Assembly: GCA_963702845.1 (NCBI GenBank)
Contig: OY969763.1
Span: 3,936,001-4,000,000, forward strand
DNA: 64,000 nucleotides
Direction of reading: 5' to 3'
DNA from: an uncultured Verrucomicrobiae bacterium
Lineage (GTDB): Bacteria; Verrucomicrobiota; Verrucomicrobiia; Limisphaerales; Palsa-1400
The notes under the pieces are model-generated. The model was not told the origin of the DNA, made no database searches, and saw only the letters and a list, made by a program, of their open reading frames with translations. This document shows positions 32,368-40,227 of the stretch, piece by piece. The first letter of the stretch is position 1; each line of letters begins with the position of its first letter. A program made the translations under genes and the position numbers.

Positions 32368-33005
32368 AATTCCGCCGTTTGACACAATATTTCCTGATCT
32401 CGTTCGTCACTGCGGCTCTCGTCGCCGGCTGCATGTTCAAACCAGCCAAAGTTTCAACGCGGCAATTCACTCTCACTCCCGCGCCGACAAACAATCTCAC
32501 TTCGGCCACCAAAAACGATATGCCGGTCGAAATCGCGTCCGTAAAAATGCCCTCCTATCTTGAGCGACAATCCCTCCTTGTTCGCGTCAGCCCAACTGAA
32601 ATCAAATATTTCGAAAACGCCGTCTGGGCCGAACGATTGGATCAAAGCTTTCAACGCGCCCTCGCCGCCGATCTTTCCCAAACGCTGCCATCGGATAAAA
32701 TCTACACCTCCGGCTGGGGACACGGCCCAGTCATGGCAAAAGTCTTCATCGACGTCCAACAATTCGATGTCGACGTCAACGGCCGGAGCACCCTCAAAGG
32801 CCAAATGCGGATCACCTCCTCCGACACCAACACGCCATCCAAAAACGTCGACCTCCACATCGTCCGCTCCACCCCCTCTCCCCACGACAAACCCGAAACC
32901 GTCGCAACCGCACTAAGCGGATTGGTCGCGGACCTAAGCCGCCAGGTCGGCCAAGCCATTCGCGATCACGTCCACGCCTCATGGCAATTCGGGGAAAAAG
33001 ATTAG
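32364..33005 (+). CDS. PqiC-like ABC transport auxiliary lipoprotein
   Basis: Lipobox VAGC, PSYLER, WAERL motifs; last gene of the MCE operon. Confidence 0.82.
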   Translation: MKFRRLTQYFLISFVTAALVAGCMFKPAKVSTRQFTLTPAPTNNLTSATKNDMPVEIASVKMPSYLERQSLLVRVSPTEIKYFENAVWAERLDQSFQRALAADLSQTLPSDKIYTSGWGHGPVMAKVFIDVQQFDVDVNGRSTLKGQMRITSSDTNTPSKNVDLHIVRSTPSPHDKPETVATALSGLVADLSRQVGQAIRDHVHASWQFGEKD

Positions 33006-33182
33006 CTGTGGAAACGTAGTCGGCGTGAGCGGCGGGGCGCCACTCACGACACGACAGGCGAGGCGACTGTTCTACCCAAGACAATACGGATTTGGTCGCA
33101 ACTGGTCGGTGCGTGCTCGTAAGGTCGATGAAAACGTACCAACCGCTTGCTCACGCGCGCGGCTCAGTTTGATTCACCTTGC

Positions 33183-33713
33183 TCATTGTTTTGCGCCGGA
33201 TTGGATTTTTTCCACTTTTTGCACGAGATCGTTATATTGGTTTACGACTTTGTTGCGGTCGGCGATGGCGTTGTTCAACTTGGTGACCAGGTCGTCGCGC
33301 TGAGTAACCAAATCTTTCAAGGATGCGTTTTGTTTTTTAATGCCGTCGTAGGCTTCTTTCAATTTTGTCTCCAACTGCGGGATGGCTTTCTCATATTCCG
33401 AAATACGGTTGGTATAACTGCGGGCTGCGGCTTGGAGTTCGAAGATTTCCCGTTTTTGTTCGACGATCTGTTGCTGGTTGGTTTTGGTGGATTGTTGGAT
33501 GGTCAGCGTTTGCGATTGCATTTGCGCGACCTGGGCGTCGAGTGTTTTGATCGAGTTCGTATAGCTCTGGATGGCGATGTCTCTTTGGTAAACGTCGTTG
33601 CTTAGTTTTTGGATTTCGGTCCGCTGACGCGTTTGAATCCGCCACTGAAAGACGCAGAGGCCGCAGAGTGCGGCGGCGATGATGACAAATAGACTACGAT
33701 GGAAGTTTCTCAT
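33183..33713 (-). CDS. Membrane-anchored coiled-coil hypothetical protein
   Basis: N-terminal TM followed by a long Gln/Lys/Leu heptad-like region; ATGA overlap with exbD. Confidence 0.75.
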   Translation of the reverse strand: MRNFHRSLFVIIAAALCGLCVFQWRIQTRQRTEIQKLSNDVYQRDIAIQSYTNSIKTLDAQVAQMQSQTLTIQQSTKTNQQQIVEQKREIFELQAAARSYTNRISEYEKAIPQLETKLKEAYDGIKKQNASLKDLVTQRDDLVTKLNNAIADRNKVVNQYNDLVQKVEKIQSGAKQ

Positions 33714-34120
33714 GGCGCGGGTGTGACGGCGAAGGCGACGCGGGAAACTCCGGCGCGTTTCACGAAATCTAAAACGTAAACCATCGAGCCATGTGTCGCG
33801 TCGCGAGCCCCGGAGATGTAGACGGGCAGGTTCGGGTTTTTTTGGACGCGATTACTCAGGAGCGTTTGCAATTCGGGGAATGCAACGGGTTTGCCATCAA
33901 TCAAGGCGTTACCGTATTTGTCGACTTGCAGTTTGACCATGTCCGGTTTGGTGGCTGAGGTCGCCAGCGTCGCCGTGGGTAGGCTCGCTTTGAGCGTGCG
34001 GACTTTTTGCATTTGCAAACTGACCATCATGAAGGAGGCGAGGAGGAAGAACATGATGTCAATCAGCGGGATGATTTCGAGGCGCGTGCGACGCTTGGGC
34101 AATGGCGAGCGCAGTTTCAT
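33710..34120 (-). CDS. exbD: Biopolymer transport protein ExbD/TolR (copy 2)
   Basis: IIPLIDIMFFLLASFMM TM with the conserved Asp. Confidence 0.92.
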   Translation of the reverse strand: MKLRSPLPKRRTRLEIIPLIDIMFFLLASFMMVSLQMQKVRTLKASLPTATLATSATKPDMVKLQVDKYGNALIDGKPVAFPELQTLLSNRVQKNPNLPVYISGARDATHGSMVYVLDFVKRAGVSRVAFAVTPAP

Positions 34121-34542
34121 TGTGTCACCTCGTTTTTTGGCTCGCTCACCATGAAGGAGACATTCTGCACACCGGCAGCGCGGACAAGTTGCAAAACGTC
34201 AGTCATCGCGCCGTGCAGGGTATCGCGGTCGCCGCTGATATAGACAGGCAAGTTGGTGTCGTAACGAAAACGGTTGCTGATGACTTGCGACAGTTGCGGA
34301 AGTGAAATTTCCTTTTTCTCGAGCCAGGGATGACCGGCTTTATCGACGGCGATGTTGAGCATGTCCGGTTTGAAGTCGTGACTGGCTTCGGTCGCGGACG
34401 GCAGGTCGACGTGGACATTCCGCGATTGGTCAAGTTGCAGGCTCACCATCATGAAGGAGGCGAGCAGAAAGAACATAATGTCGATCAGCGGGATGATCTC
34501 AATGCGCGCGTGCTTGCGACGAACTGGGAGAGCGACCTTCAT
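34117..34542 (-). CDS. exbD: Biopolymer transport protein ExbD/TolR (copy 1)
   Basis: IIPLIDIMFFLLASFMM, VDLPSA, ISGD motifs. Confidence 0.92.
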   Translation of the reverse strand: MKVALPVRRKHARIEIIPLIDIMFFLLASFMMVSLQLDQSRNVHVDLPSATEASHDFKPDMLNIAVDKAGHPWLEKKEISLPQLSQVISNRFRYDTNLPVYISGDRDTLHGAMTDVLQLVRAAGVQNVSFMVSEPKNEVTQ

Positions 34543-35165
34543 TGTTTCGGGCCTAACTTGCCGGAGTTGGCGAGGACTTCGACGCTGCTGGCGGCGGTCT
34601 CGAGTTCGAACTGCAGCCGTGCGAGCTTACCGGAGAAATAATTGAGCGGGACGAGCGAGACTATTGCGATGCCTAGACCGCAGGCGGTGGCAATGAGTGC
34701 TTCGCCGATGCCACCGGTGACCGCGGTGACGGATAGTTCAGCAGAGCCTATTTTAAGAAACGCGCGCATCAAGCCGGTGACAGTGCCGAGCAAGCCGAGC
34801 AAGGGCGCGAGTGTGACGAGTGTGTCCATAACGATAAGGAAGCGACCAGCGCGTTCGAGTTCGATACCTGCTGACATTTGCAAGGCGACGGGCAAGGACG
34901 TGTGCGCGTGGTTGAGGCTGTCATTGATCATTCGCACAACGGGATCTTCAGAGCCGACGGCAAGAGCTTTGGCAGTTTCAATGTCCGATTTGTCCAACGC
35001 GGTGAGCACTTGCTCGACTTTTCGCGGGTCGCGATGGCGGCTTTCGCACCACCACCAGTAGCTGCGTTCGCCAAGGACGGAGATCGCAGCCAACGCGCAG
35101 AGAAGCATCGGCCACATGACCGGACCGCCTTTGAGGAAGTATTCGTATGCGATATTTGCGAACAT
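34539..35165 (-). CDS. exbB: MotA/TolQ/ExbB proton channel protein
   Basis: GGPVMWP, APLLGLLGTVTG, GGIGEALIATACGL. Confidence 0.93.
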   Translation of the reverse strand: MFANIAYEYFLKGGPVMWPMLLCALAAISVLGERSYWWWCESRHRDPRKVEQVLTALDKSDIETAKALAVGSEDPVVRMINDSLNHAHTSLPVALQMSAGIELERAGRFLIVMDTLVTLAPLLGLLGTVTGLMRAFLKIGSAELSVTAVTGGIGEALIATACGLGIAIVSLVPLNYFSGKLARLQFELETAASSVEVLANSGKLGPKQ

Positions 35166-35192
35166 ATTTTTGCGATTGTAAGGGTAAATCGG

Positions 35193-35891
35193 TTATTGCA
35201 GTCGATAAGTAATGGTCACCTGGAACAGGCGCGTGCCGGTGCCGGGGGCAACGGTCCAGTGTTTCTTCACAAACTCCAGCGCCGTGCGATCCAACAACGG
35301 AAAGCCCGAGGATTCTTTGACTTTGACTGAATTAATTCCGCCGGCCTCGTTGGCCGACATGAGCAACATGACTGACCCTTGCTGCCGTTGTTGAAGCGCG
35401 GTTTTTGGATAGGGCGGGTCCGGACGCGCTCCGCCTCCGCCGGTGCTGGTCAGATTGACGGGCGCTTTTTGCAAGGGTGCGACGGGCGCGATCGGTCGCA
35501 GTGTGGGTGCGGCTGCGACGGAGTTCGGGACGAGAATGTTGCCGATTGTTGGAATGGAAAAACTGATACTCGGCGATTCAGGAGTGACGATTACGACGCG
35601 GGGTGTTTCGGCGGTGTCCTGCTCGGTTTGTTTAGGCAGTTCTTCGACGACTGTTTGTTTTGGAGGTTCGACGGGCTCAATGATGGCGGGAATTGGCTGC
35701 TCGATCGACGGAAGCGGTTTTGGTTTTGGAATTCCTTCGCTTGCTCCCGCCAGTCCGATGATGAGAACGACGAGACAGATTGAATTGAGCCAAGCGATTA
35801 TGCGATCGGGATCGCGGACTTCCGAGGCGTGATAAAACTGCGCCGCCGGTGGCTCCGCGGCCGGTAATTTAGCCAATCGCTGTTTTTCCAT
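35193..35891 (-). CDS. tonB: Energy transducer TonB
   Basis: TM, Pro-rich spacer, C-terminal PPYPKTALQQRQQGSV...SSGFPLLDRTAL...W domain. Confidence 0.88.
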   Translation of the reverse strand: MEKQRLAKLPAAEPPAAQFYHASEVRDPDRIIAWLNSICLVVLIIGLAGASEGIPKPKPLPSIEQPIPAIIEPVEPPKQTVVEELPKQTEQDTAETPRVVIVTPESPSISFSIPTIGNILVPNSVAAAPTLRPIAPVAPLQKAPVNLTSTGGGGARPDPPYPKTALQQRQQGSVMLLMSANEAGGINSVKVKESSGFPLLDRTALEFVKKHWTVAPGTGTRLFQVTITYRLQ

Positions 35892-36024
35892 TTGCCTCGT
35901 GGTGCAGGAGTTCGTGCAGGGCCGGACTGACCGCCAGCAATGATGAAACAGGGAGAAGCGCAACGAGAAATAGCGAGACCAGCGATTTGCGGGGACGAGA
36001 ACAATTTGTTCGCTCAGGCTGCAC
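35869..36024 (-). CDS. Putative 51-aa His-rich leader/small ORF upstream of tonB (possibly eroded)
   Basis: GTG start; translation VQPERTNCSRPRKSLVSLFLVALLPVSSLLAVSPALHELLHHEANGKTAIG*; below the ORF-track cutoff. Confidence 0.4.
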   Translation of the reverse strand: MQPERTNCSRPRKSLVSLFLVALLPVSSLLAVSPALHELLHHEANGKTAIG

Positions 36025-36112
36025 TTGGAACGCAGTAAATAAGTGCTACCCAGATAACGCAAGCGCGAACTGCAACTGCACCAAGCAATCAACCGATCAA
36101 ACAATTAAGTCG

Positions 36113-39100
36113 CTACGGACTAGTGAGGCGCAGGAAGAGGTAGGGAAATGCGGTGTCGTTGGTGACTGCGGCGTTGAAGGCGCCGTTTGTATCCGTGATA
36201 AATGTTGATCCGTTGACCCAGTTCGTCAGATCGGAGGATGATTGGAGAGTCGAGTGTTGCAAAGGTGCACTGAGGATTCGCACGGGTATGGAATTGCTCG
36301 CAATGGCGGCCGTGATTTGCAACAGCGGCGGATTGAAGGCGAAGTTGATGTTGGTCGAATTGACGCCATCGACCGCGACTGTATTGGTGGCGGGAGTCAA
36401 ACCGGAACCAACCTGAACAGGAGTGATGGGGTATGAACCGGCGAGAAGGTTGGTAAAACTAAACGTTCCATTCGATGCCGAAACTACGTTGGTTGTGCCG
36501 TTCCCGATGGTGACTCCGTCCACACCATTGGTGCCAAAAGTTATTCGCCCGCTGATGGTGGAACCTCCGCGAATGACCAGCGTTGCAGGCGGACTGGTTG
36601 GTGAGTTGGTTCCGTTGCTGACGGTGACGGTGTAGGAACCGGCGTTTGTCGCTGCGGTAGTCGAGATTGTATATGACGAATTTGTCGCTGGAGGAACAAT
36701 GGGAGCGCCGTTGAAATTCCATCGGTAAGTCAATGTGCCAGTGCCCGTCGCCGTGACGTGGAACACAGCAGGCGCGCCGAGATCAACCACTAGATTGGTT
36801 GGCGGAGCGGTGATCGCGGGATTTTGCACCGTCACGGTGGCCGCGTCGCTCGTAACCGTCCCCAATGCGTTGCTCGCGACTACTGTGTAAGTATCATTGG
36901 TGGCCGGCGAGTTTGTGTAAGTGGTTTTTGTTGCGCCAGCGATCTTGTTGGTGGCGCTGATCACGTTAGGTCCGTGACGCCATTGGTAAGATATAGTGTT
37001 TGTGCTGCTGCTCAAAGCGAGGACCGTAAGAACCGCGGGAGCACCGAAATTGACCGTCACGTCGGAGGGTTGCGTGACAAATGCCGGATCGTTCACAGTT
37101 AACTTAACCGGAGAACTATTGATCGTGCCAAGCGAATTGGTGACCACCAATTTATAGGTACCCTGGTCGGCGTGGGTCGCGCTGGTAATGGTCAAGCTGG
37201 CAGTCGTCGCGCCGACGTAATGGGTGCTCTCCGTCAGCGCAACGTTGTTGGAGTACCATTGGAAATTCAGTGGGGCTCCGGTAGCTACTACGCTAAATAC
37301 AGCTGTTCCACCGAGGTCAACTGTGACGTCTGACGTTTGACTCGTAATTCCCGGTGCGACCTCAGTCGATAGCACGGCGTTTGAGCTGGTAACTGACCCA
37401 AGACCGTTTGTGATGACAACGAAATAGCTGCCAAAATTCGTTGCCTGGACATTGGTAATCGTGAGGCTTGTGTTCGTGGCGAGTGGGAGAAGCACGAGCG
37501 GGCCGTTGGTCGGCAGAAACTGCCATTGATACACGAGCGGCGTATCGCCCACGGCGGAGACGGTGAAAGTCGCATTCGCGCCTTTAATGACCGCGAGACT
37601 TAACGGCTGGATCAGAATTCGCGGTGGTGATGGTGCGGCCTCGAATGCACCGACGTCAGAGAGAAGGTTCGTTGTAAACCGCAAGGCTCCGCGCTGGTCG
37701 GCGACGGGACAATTCGTCGGATTATCGGCGGGAATCGCAGGAATACGACTGTGGGCGCAGCTTGGCAGGACAATTTCCAGCACGGGCGGATAGCCGGGAT
37801 ACGTGTTCAAAATTGCCGCCATATTTGCGTTGGTTTTGGAGAGGCTGTTCGTGCTCGTAAACGCGCAACTGGTATCCGAACTAATATTAAATCCGCCGTC
37901 GGTGACGCCGTTATAGCTATCGGTGCCTGCGCCGTGTTGAAGGATGCAATTGATAATCTTCGATGTTCCACTTACCCGGGCAAGATTACCGCCGTGGACC
38001 GGGCCGGTTGCGCCGTTGCGATTGGAAAAAGGACTCACGCCATTGGTGCCGCCGATGGTGTTGTTTGTGGCGAAGGTGCAATTGCGAGCGACGAAAGTGG
38101 CGACATTGGCCACCGCTCCGCCTTCGGCATAACCACCTGTGCCAGCGTTGGCGCTGGGATCGCCCAAGGTATCGCCGCCCGAGCCGCCGTGACAGGCGTT
38201 CAGGAAGAAGGTGCTGTTTTCGATATTGAAAATGCCGAAGTTCTCGATGGCGCCGCCAAGGGCTGGTCCGCCATCTTTGCCGTTCAAGCTGACGCCGTTT
38301 CCCGAAATCTTTTGCGGCCCACTGTTGCCACCGAAGGCTTCGTTACCGGCAAACGTGCAGTTCGTAACATTCAATATACCGCCGGCGGGAATGTAAATCG
38401 CCCCCGCCACTGCCGGATCCCCCTGCCCGCCTGCACCGGTCGCGCCACTGATCGATCCTGTCCCAGAATTGCCACCGCCACCACCACTGCCACCAAAGGC
38501 GCCGTTCGCCACAAAATAACAGCCGATAATAATGTTAGTTCCGGTGCTGTAAATCGCGCCGCCCTGGGCAATGCCACCGGCACCACCGTCGCCGCCATTG
38601 CCACCGAGATCATTGAAACCATTGCCGCCGTTTCCACCATTGCCACCAGCGGCGAAGTTGTTGGTAAAAGTACAGTTGGTCAGCAGTAACGTACCGTGAT
38701 CGCTATAAATCGCTCCACCGTCGCCAGCGACACCAGCACCGCCGGCATTACCATTGATGCTGCCGCTCCTCCCATCCGTGCCGTTGGCAGCGGGTCCATT
38801 TGTCGCGTTGTTTTTGGCAAAAACGACATTACTGGCCATCAGCGTTCCAGACTTATTGTAGATCGCGGCGCCTTGCGAACTTTTGCCGCCGGTGATTTGC
38901 AGGCCCGTCAAAGTCAGCGTGGCATTCGTAATAGCAAAAATGCGGGTGACGTTGCCGCCGCTCAAGATGACGTTCAAGCCGGTGGCGTCGATTTGCGTAT
39001 TGGTGACGATGGCAATGGAGTTGGTTAAAGTAAATGTGCCGTTCGTTTGAAAGGTGAACGCGCCACCGTTGGTGATGACGGACAAATCGTTAGTAATTAC

Positions 39101-39220
39101 CGTAGGCACGTCCGCGCGCGACGACGTGACGGCACTCAGAACCAAGAGAACCGAGAGCAGGAGCCGATAAAAACCATGGAGCCGCCGCATTTTCAAGAGT
39201 GAATAGGATATACGTTTCAT
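36113..39220 (-). CDS. Large secreted protein: Gly-rich beta-helix-like repeats, DQRG...DVGAFE motif, four Ig-like domains, C-terminal domain
   Basis: Signal peptide; repeated GGAIY/NCTF units; Ig repeats (QP..V..G..ATF.V.A.G...YQW...L.I.......G.Y); C-terminal LQSSSDLTNW...FLRL. Confidence 0.85.
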   Translation of the reverse strand: MKRISYSLLKMRRLHGFYRLLLSVLLVLSAVTSSRADVPTVITNDLSVITNGGAFTFQTNGTFTLTNSIAIVTNTQIDATGLNVILSGGNVTRIFAITNATLTLTGLQITGGKSSQGAAIYNKSGTLMASNVVFAKNNATNGPAANGTDGRSGSINGNAGGAGVAGDGGAIYSDHGTLLLTNCTFTNNFAAGGNGGNGGNGFNDLGGNGGDGGAGGIAQGGAIYSTGTNIIIGCYFVANGAFGGSGGGGGNSGTGSISGATGAGGQGDPAVAGAIYIPAGGILNVTNCTFAGNEAFGGNSGPQKISGNGVSLNGKDGGPALGGAIENFGIFNIENSTFFLNACHGGSGGDTLGDPSANAGTGGYAEGGAVANVATFVARNCTFATNNTIGGTNGVSPFSNRNGATGPVHGGNLARVSGTSKIINCILQHGAGTDSYNGVTDGGFNISSDTSCAFTSTNSLSKTNANMAAILNTYPGYPPVLEIVLPSCAHSRIPAIPADNPTNCPVADQRGALRFTTNLLSDVGAFEAAPSPPRILIQPLSLAVIKGANATFTVSAVGDTPLVYQWQFLPTNGPLVLLPLATNTSLTITNVQATNFGSYFVVITNGLGSVTSSNAVLSTEVAPGITSQTSDVTVDLGGTAVFSVVATGAPLNFQWYSNNVALTESTHYVGATTASLTITSATHADQGTYKLVVTNSLGTINSSPVKLTVNDPAFVTQPSDVTVNFGAPAVLTVLALSSSTNTISYQWRHGPNVISATNKIAGATKTTYTNSPATNDTYTVVASNALGTVTSDAATVTVQNPAITAPPTNLVVDLGAPAVFHVTATGTGTLTYRWNFNGAPIVPPATNSSYTISTTAATNAGSYTVTVSNGTNSPTSPPATLVIRGGSTISGRITFGTNGVDGVTIGNGTTNVVSASNGTFSFTNLLAGSYPITPVQVGSGLTPATNTVAVDGVNSTNINFAFNPPLLQITAAIASNSIPVRILSAPLQHSTLQSSSDLTNWVNGSTFITDTNGAFNAAVTNDTAFPYLFLRLTSP

Positions 39221-40125
39221 GCGGTTGTAAGCAAGCTGTTCAGGGCTTCCACGACTGTTTTCACAGGGAGTTTCTTAAGGGTTTCGCCGTGGCGCAAAAT
39301 CTGCACACGCTCTCCCAGTGGCCGCCAAATCTGTTCATTGCTCGGTCCCCAAAGGACAATGCAGTCCAACCCAAGCACGGCGGCGAGGTGGGTTATGCCG
39401 GAGTCGTGGCCGATGAAAACGCGGCAGATCTTCAGACGGCTGGCGACTTCGACAAGCGGACGGTTGAATGCGACTTCGCGGCGGGTCTCAGGGATGAGTT
39501 CGGCGAGGCGAGGAAGAAGAGTGCGCTCGGCTTCGCCGCCGATTAACAGGATTTTATCGTCAGTATTCAAGACGAGATGCTGGAGGAAGGAACGCCAGTT
39601 TTCTTCGGGCCAGTTTTTTTGCGGGCTGCCGCTACCGGGGTGAAGGGCAATGACGGGAGAGGAAGACAAACGTCCAACGTCCAACTTCCAACTTCCAAAA
39701 TTGAAGTGAACTGCAATCAGGTTCCGCAAGGGTTCCAGTAACTGAATCGACGCGTGGATAGTTGATTGGTCGCTGGGGCGATGAGGGCCGGTTATGAATC
39801 GTGCCTTTGAATGGCGACGGAGGTTGTTTTCGAAAAGGTTGTTGGGGTCGTAAGCGTACGAGATAATCAAATCGAAACTGGAGAGCCAGGCTGCAATGTC
39901 AGAGGAACATCGGCCGTTTTCTGCAAATAGCGGCGCGAAGGGCAGTGAACCGAGATCGCGAATGTTGTCTGCCAGGCCAAACTCGATTGCGAGTGATGCG
40001 ATGGAGGGATTTGCTAACAGGTCGATACGCGCGTTGGGAAATTTAGTTCGCAACGCGGAAAGCACCGGCATGGTGAGGATGAAGTCACCAATGGCACCGC
40101 CGCGGATAACAAGGATGCTGTTCAC
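39217..40125 (-). CDS. Glycosyltransferase family 9 (heptosyltransferase-like)
   Basis: ILVIRGGAIGDFILT, HPGSGSPQKNWP, FIGHDSGITHLAA, LWGP; probable GTG start at 40125. Confidence 0.9.
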   Translation of the reverse strand: MNSILVIRGGAIGDFILTMPVLSALRTKFPNARIDLLANPSIASLAIEFGLADNIRDLGSLPFAPLFAENGRCSSDIAAWLSSFDLIISYAYDPNNLFENNLRRHSKARFITGPHRPSDQSTIHASIQLLEPLRNLIAVHFNFGSWKLDVGRLSSSPVIALHPGSGSPQKNWPEENWRSFLQHLVLNTDDKILLIGGEAERTLLPRLAELIPETRREVAFNRPLVEVASRLKICRVFIGHDSGITHLAAVLGLDCIVLWGPSNEQIWRPLGERVQILRHGETLKKLPVKTVVEALNSLLTTA

Positions 40126-40141
40126 TTGAACTCTTTGCTGA

Positions 40142-40224
40142 AGCCGACAGTCGCGGAGGCAGTCAGAGCGTGCTGACGCCGTTGGCCATATATACGCCTT
40201 ATGCCTCCGCACGCCGACGGCTAC
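40142..40224. repeat. Degenerate REP-like inverted repeat pair
   Basis: AGCCGACAGTCGCGGAGGCA ... TGCCTCCGCACGCCGACGGCTAC; the right arm ends in CTAC (GTAG on the other strand). Confidence 0.5.
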
Positions 40225-40227
40225 ATA

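Noticed and set aside
35892..36112. Cobalamin or other riboswitch upstream of tonB
   Set aside because: No recognisable B12-box or other riboswitch core; the region reads better as a small ORF.
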